From positions 46,317 to 110,316 of the forward strand of contig JAMOZY010000004.1 of the NCBI GenBank assembly GCA_023667695.1: a stretch of 64,000 bases of DNA. Direction: 5' to 3'. A program made the translations under genes and the position numbers. Under the pieces are notes generated by a model that was not told the DNA's origin, searched no databases, and saw only the letters and a program-made list of their open reading frames with translations. This document shows positions 10,030-20,200 of this stretch, one piece after another (positions within the stretch are counted from its first letter, which is position 1; each line of letters starts with the position of its first letter). Origin of the DNA: Clostridium sp. Lineage in GTDB: Bacteria > Bacillota > Clostridia > Lachnospirales > Lachnospiraceae.

Positions 10030-12240
10030 TTATTTTCCAGCAGCAGCTTCTTCCTTGCTGCCGCTCTTTGATTTTCCAATTTTCGTTTTCATATAATACC
10101 ACAATGGACCGGTAATGCAAATGGATGAATAGGTTCCTCCAAGAACACCGACCATCAATGCAAGCGCAAATTCCTTAATTGCCGGAACACCGACAATATA
10201 CAATACCAATACCATAACGAAGGTTGTCAGGTTTGTGTAAATACTTCTTGTAAAGGTCTGAGATATACTGGTATTTACGATTTCCTTTAAGCCTGTCTTT
10301 TTTTCATTCATGACCTTTAGATTCTCACGGATACGGTCAAATATAATAATCGTCGCATTAATGGAATAACCGACAATGGTCAGCATACAGGCAATAAAGG
10401 TATTACCCACGGACAGACGTGCAACGGCATACAGGGTAAATACAAATAATACATCATGGAGCAGTGCCAGAACTGCACTGGCGCCAAACCGCACATCCTT
10501 AAACCGGAATGCAATGTAAATCAACATCAGAAGGGTAGCAATCAATACGGATACAATTGCATCCCGCTGCATTTCGCTGCTCACCGTAGAACTGATATTT
10601 TCAATGGAGAAGTTCTCGATGGTAAAGGCTTCCTTTAATGCGGCTTCTGCACTCTGACGCTGTTCCAGACTGAGCTGCGGCGTCTTAATCACGATAGAGG
10701 TAGAATTCTGCACATTCTGTAACTGAATCTCAGAACCTGCCACTCCGGTAGCCTCCGTCAGAACCGGAAGAATCTGATCCTCTGCTTCCTCTAAGGTAAA
10801 TACCTTGTCAAATTCCACCGTCATGGAAGTACCACCCATGAATTCCATACTAAAGTTCAATATATGTCCTACATTTTCATCGTTCTTATTGATTGGCAGG
10901 AACACAAGACCTGCAAGAATTACCAACGCAGATATCACAAAGCAAACCTTACTGCCCTTTACATAATTCCGAACCTTACGCTCCTTTATGGTGCCAAACA
11001 GCTTCGGCTTATCAATTCCCAGGTCCACAAACGCATTTAACAGCAGCTTCGTAACCACCAGTGCAGTAAACATGGATAAAATAATACCAAGAGCCAGGGT
11101 CTGTGCAAAGCCCTTAACGGAACCGGTTGCCATAATCCACAGTACCGCTGCGGCAATCAGAGTCGTAATATTACCATCCAGAATTGCCGACATGGCCTTC
11201 TGAAAACCACCCTGTACTGCCAGCTTTACATTCTTGCCTGCCGTAATCTCTTCCTTGATACGTGTGAATATGATAACGTTCGCATCTACCGCCATACCGA
11301 TGGATAAAATAATACCTGCAATACCCGGCAGCGTCAGCGTTACATCAAACAAATTCAGACACAGCACCATTAAAACAGTGTAGCCAAGTAATGAAAGCAC
11401 AGACACAAAACCAGGGAAACGATAAACGATAATCATAATGACTGCAATCAATGCCAAGCCAATCAGGCCTGCCAGCAAGGAGGTCTGAATGGCATCTTCT
11501 CCCAGCTTCGCACCAACGATATTGGACTGAATTTCCGTTAATTCCAATGGAAGGGCGCCAATTCGAATGGTAGTGGCAAGGTTATTCGCCGCCTCATAGC
11601 TTTCCATGTTGTTAATCACGCAGCTGCCATCACTGATTACCGTCTGTACGGTAGGATAACTGATTACTTCCCCATTATATATGATATAAATCGGACGTCC
11701 GATGTTTGCAGAGGTTGCCTCTGCAAACCGCTCTGCCCCTGCCGGAGCCAGTTCCAACTGCACCACATAATCATTCGTGGCACCGGAATTATCAATGCCC
11801 GCCTGGGATACCTCAATATCAGCACCGGTAAGAACGGTTTCGTATTCCTCTCCTGCCTGAAACAAATTATAATTCTCGGTATCCATGAACTCCAGAGCGC
11901 CCGGCTTTCCCAGCTCCTCCAGAATCTCATTGGCATTCTCCACACCCGGTATTTCAATAGCAATCCGGTTATCACCCTGACGATATACCTCGCCCTCCTT
12001 ACTATATCCGTCTACACGCATCTGAAGGCGGTACACCGTATCGGCAATATCGTCTGCTGTTGCATCGGGATCATCAATCTCATAAGTAATGCTGACACCG
12101 CCTGCCAGGTCCAGGCCAAGGGTAATATCCTCCGCCTTACCAGAGCCAAGCAGACCATATATATCAATGTATGCACAGCCTGCTGTAATCAACAGGAACA
12201 GTACAAGAATCAGCACACTTTTTGCTTTTTGATTTTTCAT
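10030..12240 (-). CDS. secDF: Fused protein-export membrane protein SecDF
   Basis: SecD-like N-terminal half and SecF-like C-terminal half, each with multi-TM RND-like regions. The preferred start is MKNQKAKS at 12240, which overlaps the upstream stop in an ATGA. The longer ORF to 12300 would overlap the upstream gene. Confidence 0.88.
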   Translation of the reverse strand: MKNQKAKSVLILVLFLLITAGCAYIDIYGLLGSGKAEDITLGLDLAGGVSITYEIDDPDATADDIADTVYRLQMRVDGYSKEGEVYRQGDNRIAIEIPGVENANEILEELGKPGALEFMDTENYNLFQAGEEYETVLTGADIEVSQAGIDNSGATNDYVVQLELAPAGAERFAEATSANIGRPIYIIYNGEVISYPTVQTVISDGSCVINNMESYEAANNLATTIRIGALPLELTEIQSNIVGAKLGEDAIQTSLLAGLIGLALIAVIMIIVYRFPGFVSVLSLLGYTVLMVLCLNLFDVTLTLPGIAGIILSIGMAVDANVIIFTRIKEEITAGKNVKLAVQGGFQKAMSAILDGNITTLIAAAVLWIMATGSVKGFAQTLALGIILSMFTALVVTKLLLNAFVDLGIDKPKLFGTIKERKVRNYVKGSKVCFVISALVILAGLVFLPINKNDENVGHILNFSMEFMGGTSMTVEFDKVFTLEEAEDQILPVLTEATGVAGSEIQLQNVQNSTSIVIKTPQLSLEQRQSAEAALKEAFTIENFSIENISSTVSSEMQRDAIVSVLIATLLMLIYIAFRFKDVRFGASAVLALLHDVLFVFTLYAVARLSVGNTFIACMLTIVGYSINATIIIFDRIRENLKVMNEKKTGLKEIVNTSISQTFTRSIYTNLTTFVMVLVLYIVGVPAIKEFALALMVGVLGGTYSSICITGPLWYYMKTKIGKSKSGSKEEAAAGK

Positions 12241-13634
12241 GCTTCCTTTTTCTCCTTTTCTTCCATGTCTGCCAAAGCAGCCTTTATCATAATTGCACAT
12301 TCAATCCGCTTCTTCTGCAATTCACAGCCGATATCATAAGCATCTAAGATACTGCCGTGAAAATGATAGGAATTAGCAGCACAGCCACCACTGCAATAGA
12401 ATCGTGCAAAACAATTTCTGCATTTTTCCTTTGCATATACATTGCAGAGCTTAAATTCATCCCGCACCGCTTCTGCCTGAATGCCATCATATACATTACC
12501 CAGCTTAAACTCTTCCTGTCCTACAAACTGATGACAGGGGTACAAGTCTCCCCATGGCGTAACAGCCAGATATTCCGTACCGGAACCACAACCGGATAAC
12601 CGTTTGGCAACACACGGTCCCTGGGTCAAATCAATCATAAAGTGAAAGAAGTGAAACCCCTTTCCTTCCTGTTCCCGCCGTATCATTTCCTTTGCCAGCC
12701 GGTCATACTCCTCCATAAGCTGAGGAATATCCGCCTCCTGAATGGCATAGGGTTCTTCTTTGGGGGCAACCACCGGTTCAACGGAAATCTGCTGAAAGCC
12801 CAAATCAGCCAGATGCAATACATCCTGGGAAAAATCAAGATTATGATGGGTAAAGGTTCCCCGGACATAATAGTTTGTCTGATTCCTTCGCTCTGCGAAC
12901 TGTTGGAATTTCGGAACAATGATATCATACGTGCTTTTTCCGTTTCTGGCAGGCCTCATATAATCATTGACACTTTTCCGTCCGTCAATACTCAGTACCA
13001 CATTTGCCATTTCTGCATTGGCAAATTCCATGATTTCATCATTTAAAAGGATTCCATTGGTGGTTAATGTAAAACGGAAGGCTTTATTATGGGATGCTTC
13101 CAGGCTTCTGCCATACCGGACCAGCTCTTTTACGACTTCGAAATTCATGGTAGGCTCTCCGCCAAAGAAATCCACCTCCAGATTCCTGCGGCTTCCGGAA
13201 TTCGCCACCAAAAAATCCAATGCCTGCTTCCCAACTGCAAGGCTCATCATGGAACGGTCTCCGTGGTATTCTCCTTCCTCGGCAAAGCAATAGCGACAGC
13301 CCAGATTACAATCGTGGGCAATATGAAGGCACAAGGCTTTTACCACTGTTTTCCGCTTCTTAAAATCCATGACAAACTGCTCATATTCATCCTCTGCAAA
13401 CAGCTCGCCCCGTTTTTTTAATTCTTCCACCTCTTCGAACGCTTCCCGAAGCTCCTCTTCCGGATACTTCGAAAGCCTGTCCTGTACACAGCCCCACGTA
13501 GTTTCAAGCTTTTGTTTATTATTTTCTTCGTATACTGCAATCACATCATAGGTCACATCATCCACCACATGTACTGCACCACTGCATACATCCATGACGA
13601 TATTATAACCATTATTCTTATACTGGTGAATCAC
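12237..13634 (-). CDS. SCIFF radical SAM/SPASM peptide maturase
   Basis: Radical SAM motif CNLGCRYCF and C-terminal Cys-rich SPASM region (CGSGTEYLAV...CHQF...CRNCFARFYCSGGC). It lies directly downstream of a SCIFF precursor. The likely start is the GTG giving MIHQYKNNGYNIVMDV; the ORF-track extension to 13688 looks spurious. Confidence 0.85.
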   Translation of the reverse strand: MIHQYKNNGYNIVMDVCSGAVHVVDDVTYDVIAVYEENNKQKLETTWGCVQDRLSKYPEEELREAFEEVEELKKRGELFAEDEYEQFVMDFKKRKTVVKALCLHIAHDCNLGCRYCFAEEGEYHGDRSMMSLAVGKQALDFLVANSGSRRNLEVDFFGGEPTMNFEVVKELVRYGRSLEASHNKAFRFTLTTNGILLNDEIMEFANAEMANVVLSIDGRKSVNDYMRPARNGKSTYDIIVPKFQQFAERRNQTNYYVRGTFTHHNLDFSQDVLHLADLGFQQISVEPVVAPKEEPYAIQEADIPQLMEEYDRLAKEMIRREQEGKGFHFFHFMIDLTQGPCVAKRLSGCGSGTEYLAVTPWGDLYPCHQFVGQEEFKLGNVYDGIQAEAVRDEFKLCNVYAKEKCRNCFARFYCSGGCAANSYHFHGSILDAYDIGCELQKKRIECAIMIKAALADMEEKEKKEA

Positions 13635-13703
13635 TTTTTTACTCCTAAATGAAATACAGAAAACCTGCCGTCGGCAGCTTTTCTGCATACTATGGTATAC
13701 ATA

Positions 13704-13736
13704 GAAGAGAGGATGACTGACTACAATCCTCTCTTC
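13704..13736 (-). promoter_or_regulatory. 11-bp perfect stem-loop between the SCIFF precursor and its maturase
   Basis: GAAGAGAGGAT (13704-13714) pairs with ATCCTCTCTTC (13726-13736) across an 11-nt loop. It lies between the precursor stop (13760) and the maturase start. There is no clear U-tract. Confidence 0.5.
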
Positions 13737-13759
13737 CGCTTACGCTTAATTCAAATGGA

Positions 13760-13903
13760 TTACCGCTTGTTCTCACAGGTCTGATTTCCAACCGTACAAG
13801 AGGTCTTACAAGCGGACTGGCAAGAGGTCTGGCACTCGCCACAGCCGCCTTTCTCCATAGTATTCTTCAAAGTCTTATTGGTTAATGTCTTAACGTGCTT
13901 CAT
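13760..13903 (-). CDS. SCIFF (six cysteines in forty-five residues) ribosomal peptide precursor, 47 aa
   Basis: Manual translation gives MKHVKTLTNKTLKNTMEKGGCGECQTSCQSACKTSCTVGNQTCENKR followed by a stop. A GGAGGA RBS lies 7 nt upstream. It is too short for the ORF track and is paired with the SPASM maturase. Confidence 0.9.
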   Translation of the reverse strand: MKHVKTLTNKTLKNTMEKGGCGECQTSCQSACKTSCTVGNQTCENKR

Positions 13904-13937
13904 CAAAAATCCTCCTTCAACTTAAATAACTCCAATG

Positions 13938-13966
13938 AGTATATCATACTTTCCCAAGCCATGCAA
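13938..13966 (-). promoter_or_regulatory. Sigma-A-type promoter for the SCIFF operon
   Basis: The minus strand reads TTGCAT, a 17-nt spacer, then TATACT with a TG extended -10 element. It sits about 35 nt upstream of the SCIFF RBS. Confidence 0.55.
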
Positions 13967-14076
13967 GGAAAGATAAAAATAGATGACGTGGATGCTTGCA
14001 TACATCGGCATCTGTTTTTATCTTTTCTTATAGGGCGCAGCCCTGTATCGACACATAGAACGCTTGGCGAGGTATT

Positions 14077-14439
14077 TTAACTCACCATACCGCCCAGCAT
14101 ACCGCCGCCCAGACAAAGAAGGCATGCTGCCACATTTGCCGTCGAAATCATATCCAGGCTTGCGCTCATAATCATGGATACACCGTAGATAATCAGGATA
14201 TACAAGCCGCCCATGACCAGTCCCCAGAAAAACTTCCGCTCCTTTACCCGCTTTCCGGTGATAAATCCACCAAGAAATGAGGCAATTACATAGACTGCCA
14301 TTATCACAATATTGACTACGGTTTCACTTAGCTCCCATTTATAAATTACAAATGCCAGCGCCGCCAGGGCAACTCCCGTAAATATGTAGGCGGCTACCAA
14401 AGACCTTATGACCTCCAGTACCTTCATTGATTTTGACAT
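14077..14439 (-). CDS. Small integral membrane protein (about 4 TM; resembles the TIGR04086/YrzE-like family)
   Basis: 120 aa, almost entirely hydrophobic helices with Gly-rich segments. The family assignment is from memory only. Confidence 0.5.
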   Translation of the reverse strand: MSKSMKVLEVIRSLVAAYIFTGVALAALAFVIYKWELSETVVNIVIMAVYVIASFLGGFITGKRVKERKFFWGLVMGGLYILIIYGVSMIMSASLDMISTANVAACLLCLGGGMLGGMVS

Positions 14440-14761
14440 ACTTCAACCTGCCTTTCCTTCGATTTCTTCCGATTCTTTCACAATCTGTAACCCCATACCA
14501 TCTCTTACCGCCTTTCACTTCAGCAAGTATTGCCGTCTATTTATGCAAACGGTTCCATATGGCTGTACTGTTACAACTATATTAATAAATATGCAGAAGG
14601 TTGTTTCAAATAGAACAATCAGAATATCATTTACTGACTTTGTATAAAATTCATGATAGAATATGACTTGAGGAGGCCTTGAGTCGGGCTGCAACAAAGT
14701 GTAAATGTATTCAGAAATCAAGATAAAACAAGAAAAGACTTTCATATCAGGGGGTATCCAT

Positions 14762-17152
14762 ATGACAGAAATCCAGCAGCATATAACACACTTACTTCAG
14801 GAAATGACATTCGATGAAAAAATCCTGCTTTTGAACGGGAGCAGTTCCTTTCGCAGCTGCGCCATTGAACGACTGGGAATTCCATCCATCCAGTTCCTGG
14901 ACGGTGGTACCGGAATGAACTGGGAACAGTTGATGGGAGACTGGATGGAATTAGATGCCGGCACTGTGCGCCAGATTCTGACAAATTTTAACCATCCGGA
15001 TGCTTTAACAGAAGAACAGAAAAAGCTTCGTATGGAATTTATTCATTTGCTGGAGGTTCACCATTGTACTACAGAGCAGCCCGGCTGTTATCCGCCCGGC
15101 ATTCTCTTAGGCGCCACCTGGAATCCACAGGTTGTATATGAATGCGGACGGGCTTTAGGTCAGGAGGCACTGGATTATCATGTAGACATCCTCCTTGGCA
15201 CTCCCAATGTAAATCTTCACCGTGACCCACTAAACGGACGCTTATTCGAAGGCTATTCGGAGGACCCCTGTCTAATCCGCACTCTGGCTCCAGAGCTGGT
15301 AAAAGGAGTACAGGAAAGCGGCGTACTGGCAAATGTAAAGCATTTTGCTGCAAATAATCTGGAAGCCTATCGCCAGGGAGTGGATGAATATATTCCGGAA
15401 CGGGTATTGCGGGAGCTATATCTGCCGGGGTTCCGTGCCTGTGTGGAAGAGGGACAGGTAAAGACGCTTATGACTGCTTATAATAAAATCAACGGTATTC
15501 CATGTACGGAGCATGAATGGCTGCTTCAGACGGTACTGCGCCAGGAATGGGGCTTTGAGGATGGACTGGTCATCTCCGACTGGGGTGCTGTCTATCACCA
15601 ACCGGAAGCCATTCAGGCCGGTAATGATATTGATATGCCTGGACCGAGAAATCAGGATGCGGTTCATGCTGCTATAGAAACAGGACAACTGACAGAGGAA
15701 GCATTGAATCTTGCTGTTTCCCATATGCTGACAGCCATTTTTCAAGCTCCTGCCGGCAAGGCCTGCCTTTCTGCTTCTGTCCCGACGGAGGATAACCGGT
15801 CTGTAAGTGATTTCCGGTCTTTTCAACAAAGGGCCGCTTATAATGCTATAACAGAGGGTGCTGTTTTATTAAAAAATCATGCCGAGACCCTTCCGCTTCA
15901 ACCAGGCAGCCGGATTGCACTGATTGGAAGGGAAACTGCACAATTTCATGACTGTGGAGACGGCAGTGCCAGAGTCTATACCAACAAAACCACCAGTCTG
16001 TCCGAGGAGCTTTCCGCAGACCGGAATTATCAGTGTCAATATATGGAATCGGTATCCGAGCATTGTCTGGAGGGCTATGATTATGGTATCCTTACCGTTT
16101 ATGTCCCAGGGCAGGAAGGCAGGGACCGCAGCAGTCTGGCCTTATCCCCATCCCAGCAGGAAACCCTTTTGACTGCCATACAGGAAGCCAAACGGTCCGG
16201 TACCCATCTCATCCTAATTTTAAATGTATGCGGTCCCGTGGAGCTGCAATTCTGTGAACAGGACCTGGACGCTATCCTATGCATATTTTTTCCGGGCATG
16301 GAAGGGGGCCGGGGAGTTAAGGATATTCTGACCGGTGCAGTAAATCCATCTGGCAAGCTGCCCCTTACATTTCCAAAGCGGTTAGAGGACTGTCCGACTT
16401 ACTTAAACCAGCCGGCTCCAGACTGGACTTTAACCTACGGAGAAGGCTTGTATGTTGGCTATCGATATTATGATAAAAAAGGAATCGAACCCTTATATCC
16501 CTTTGGCTATGGTCTAAGCTATACGGAGTTTCAGCTTTCAGAATTCGAACCGACCTGCAACTCACCTCTGTCTTTGAAGGATGACATTTCTCTGACCTGT
16601 CGGCTTACCAATGTCGGAAACCGGGCCGGAAGCGAAGTCGTTCAATTATATGTAAATGATGTATCCGCTACATTAGACAAACCAATCCGGGAATTAAAGG
16701 CATTTCAAAAGGTTTATTTGGAACCAAAGGAATCCAGAATCCTAACCTTCCGTCTTCCGGTTCAGACCCTGGCCTCCTTTGACCCGGTTTATAAGAAATG
16801 GCTGGTAGAATCCGGCGAATATCGATTTTATATTGGTTTTTCTTCCCGTCAATTGGAAAAACCGATAACACAAATCATTGAGGGGGACAGAGAATATGAT
16901 TTCCATGGAGACACGCCATTTATCCGCATTTTAGAACATCCTACCGCTTATCAAGCCTTATTGGCTGCTTGTGAAAAGTATCAAGTCACAGAATCTGATT
17001 TCCAGGGCTTTGCAATATATACACCTTATTTCAGTCTGGAACAGGTATTAAACGGCGTATTGGGTTGGAACCGAAGGGATGACGCATTAACGGCTGCCAA
17101 GAAGGAGCTATATCAGTTACTGGAACAAATTCCGTCATGGACACATGGCTGA
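14762..17152 (+). CDS. Glycoside hydrolase family 3 beta-glucosidase with C-terminal FnIII-like domain
   Basis: GH3 motifs are present (GTPNVNLHRDPLNGR, KHFAANN, nucleophile context VISDWGA). The preferred start is ATG 14762 (MTEIQQH); the ORF-track start at 14705 lacks an RBS. Confidence 0.85.
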   Translation: MTEIQQHITHLLQEMTFDEKILLLNGSSSFRSCAIERLGIPSIQFLDGGTGMNWEQLMGDWMELDAGTVRQILTNFNHPDALTEEQKKLRMEFIHLLEVHHCTTEQPGCYPPGILLGATWNPQVVYECGRALGQEALDYHVDILLGTPNVNLHRDPLNGRLFEGYSEDPCLIRTLAPELVKGVQESGVLANVKHFAANNLEAYRQGVDEYIPERVLRELYLPGFRACVEEGQVKTLMTAYNKINGIPCTEHEWLLQTVLRQEWGFEDGLVISDWGAVYHQPEAIQAGNDIDMPGPRNQDAVHAAIETGQLTEEALNLAVSHMLTAIFQAPAGKACLSASVPTEDNRSVSDFRSFQQRAAYNAITEGAVLLKNHAETLPLQPGSRIALIGRETAQFHDCGDGSARVYTNKTTSLSEELSADRNYQCQYMESVSEHCLEGYDYGILTVYVPGQEGRDRSSLALSPSQQETLLTAIQEAKRSGTHLILILNVCGPVELQFCEQDLDAILCIFFPGMEGGRGVKDILTGAVNPSGKLPLTFPKRLEDCPTYLNQPAPDWTLTYGEGLYVGYRYYDKKGIEPLYPFGYGLSYTEFQLSEFEPTCNSPLSLKDDISLTCRLTNVGNRAGSEVVQLYVNDVSATLDKPIRELKAFQKVYLEPKESRILTFRLPVQTLASFDPVYKKWLVESGEYRFYIGFSSRQLEKPITQIIEGDREYDFHGDTPFIRILEHPTAYQALLAACEKYQVTESDFQGFAIYTPYFSLEQVLNGVLGWNRRDDALTAAKKELYQLLEQIPSWTHG

Positions 17153-17183
17153 GAACTATTTTAATTAGATATATAACCAAAGC

Positions 17184-17215
17184 GAGCGTGGCCGGGAAAC
17201 CACGCTCATTTTTTA
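17184..17215 (+). terminator. Rho-independent terminator between convergent genes
   Basis: GAGCGTGG and CCACGCTC flank an 8-nt loop and are followed by ATTTTTT. It sits 32 nt after the GH3 stop. Confidence 0.75.
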
Positions 17216-17234
17216 CCTTATCTACAGTATTCTA

Positions 17235-20200
17235 TTATGCTGTTTTCTTTGATTTCATCAACAGGCAGACCACCAATCCTGCCGCTACCACAACGGCCCC
17301 AATCAGAATCCACAAAAATACCGCATTTCTATGCTCTGCATAGGTAAATTCTATGGTCTGGCTGTTCTCATTTCCGGCTTCATCAATGGTATTCACTACC
17401 ACCTCATAGTCCCCAAAGGAATCAAAGGTCAGGTTATAAGAAACCGCTCCTGCCGTCAATTCATATGGAACTCCATTAATCAGAATTGCCACAATGGTAT
17501 CATTTTCATTTTCTAATGAAAGATTCAGATTAATCGTCTCTGTATAAATCTTCTTATTCTCTACTCCTGCAAATATAATTTTCGGTGCAGTTCTGTCAAT
17601 TACAAACTCGATGCTCTTCGTAGCCGAAAGCCCTACTTCATCTGTTACTTCCAGTACCAGTGTATATTTTCCATCCTGTGTGATTTCACTTCCATCATAG
17701 GCTTCTCCATTCAGGGTCATTCTTACGGAAGGAACCGTAAGTTCAGAAATCAAGTCCTCCAAACGTTCCTTTAATTGGAAATTTGACAGGTATTTCCCAT
17801 CATACTGACTCAGGTCGCCAATTACCGGCGGTTCGGTATCAATGGTAAAATGTATGGTCTGTTGTTTATTATTTCCCGCTTTATCTGTGGCTGACACCGT
17901 AATCGTATAATAACCGTCCTCTGTAAATTCCTGATTCAATGTACTTGTAATACCACGGTTGCTCCACTCGGAAATCTGAATCGGCTCGGTTCTTCCATTC
18001 GCCAATCGTCTGGTTCCCTGAATCCGTACCTCGTTGGTTTCATAATAGGACTCCACGACAGAGAAATCAATGGCTACGCTTCGACTGGTTACAAAATAAT
18101 CTCTGGTTCCGGACAGGGAAACCACAGGAGCCGTACAGTCAACTGTAAATGACAGCGTCTGCATCACGGCTGTATTTCCGGCGCCATCCGTTGCCGTCAT
18201 AGTAACGGTATAATCCCCATCTTCTGAAAATGTACTGCTCAATTCAGAGATTCTTCCTGTATTTGTAAAGTTGACCGTTCTGCCATAGGTAGAGCCACCC
18301 AGCTTCCGTTCCACATTAATCCGCACATTATTCGTCTCATAGAAGGACTCTGCAGCCCGGAATTGAATGGTAACCGGTCGGCTGCTATAGGTTCCTTCCC
18401 CAGCTCCTGTCATGGACAATATCGGAGCGGTTTTATCTATGGTAAAGGATATGGATTTTGTATCCGAATTACCGGCAGCGTCAACGGCAGTTACTGTAAC
18501 CTGATAAACGCCATCCTCTGTAAAGGTATGCCCTACAGTACCGGTCGCATCTACCACCTCATAAGCTCCTAAATCTATACTGGTGGTATTTCCATCCAGG
18601 GTTCTGGTGGCAGTAACACTTACCGGCCGCATTGCCTGCCAGATATTCTCATTCGTCGTAATCTGCAGGGTTCGGTTCTCATTATAAACCGCCCCCTGTG
18701 TAACACCGCCCAGACTGACTGCCGGAGGCTGTTTATCAATACAAACAACTTTATTCACTACGGATTGTACACCTGCGCTGCTGGTTACAACAATCGTCAC
18801 CTGCGTACCAAGTGCAGATGCTGAAGACTCGGAAATAGCAATGCCACAGGTCATCTTATGGGGATTGGTCGGAATAATGGTCTCTCTTAATGTGCCATCC
18901 ACATAAAATTCTATTTTCTGAATCTCTGTAATGGAATCCTCAATCGTTGCCGTTACCGGAACAGACTCTCTCGTCCAGTTTCCCTGTGCTTCCGCCTGAA
19001 TCCTTGCCCCATTGGCATTATAACGGATTGGATAAAAATCGCCCTTTTGCGAACGGTTAACCTTATCCACATAGGTCACTTGAACATATCCCTGGAAATT
19101 CTCCAGACTGTTTTGGCTTTGAGAATACAAACAAGAACCTATCTTGTTGGATATCGTATATATCTGCACCGGCGTGCCACACTGCTTCTTCTCTAAATCA
19201 TAGAAGGTAAATATCATTTCCTGAATGCCAGAAGCTGAGTTTGCCTCTGCCTTTATGACAAAATCATTTCCAAAAGCATTCTGAGAGGAGGAATCATTAA
19301 ATACAATTCCCTTCTCGCTCGGGCCTCTCCGGTCAATGTTAATGGTTGAACTATATTTCTTAATATTTCCGGCTTTATCCTTTACCACAATTGTTATGAC
19401 ATGGCTGCCATCTTCTTCGAATTCAAATATATAAGTGTCGGTATCGTCCTCTTTTCTCCCGGACAATGAATTCCTTCCATCCGTTACCCCAAGAGTAGGA
19501 AAACCAGACCGTTCTTGTCCTTCATCTACAGGTGCTTCTCCATCCCAGGGTGTTATCTCCATCGTCACCTTACCAGTCTGCCACTGAGAAGGGTCTGCAA
19601 TCGTATTTCCTGATGCATCCCTGTATATGATATCCGCACCAGGCAAAACTAGGTCAAACTTAAGGCCAGATGCATCAAAGGTTACATCGCCTGACTTATT
19701 ATCCATCTGATCAGAAATGGAGTAAGTTATGGTATCACATTTTTTATCAAGGGTATAGGGAATCTCAAAATATCCACCGTCATTCGTTTTTGTAAACTCT
19801 GACACAGTCGTCTTTGTCCCTCCATCCAATGCATACTCCAGCTGCTTCAGACCACTTTCTGATTCTGTCGCTGATATCCGGATTGTAACCTTATCTTCTG
19901 CATTTACCCATTCCAATTGATTATTTATTTCACCATTTACATATATAGCCGCGTTCAAACCGGACGGTGCTGTAGAATCAAAGTGAATAAGGGGGGACTT
20001 TACAGAAGCAGAGCCCACTCCATCCGCAATCCTTGCATATCGAAGATACAGGTATCCTGTTCCAGAGAAACCATAAGAAACAGTCACTTTATGAGGATTT
20101 CCATCATTTGTAACATTTGTAAAACTGCTTACATCCGTCCATGATGCCGGAGCATTTCCCTCTAACGAAAAAGCATATTGTAATTTACAACCTGACGGCA

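Noticed and set aside
14668-14761. GAGGAGG Shine-Dalgarno-like sequence about 90 nt upstream of the GH3 start, followed by a possible 15-codon TTG-initiated mini-ORF
   Set aside because: It is too short and unsupported to call as a leader peptide. It may simply be part of the 5' UTR downstream of a TGaTAGAAT extended -10 element.
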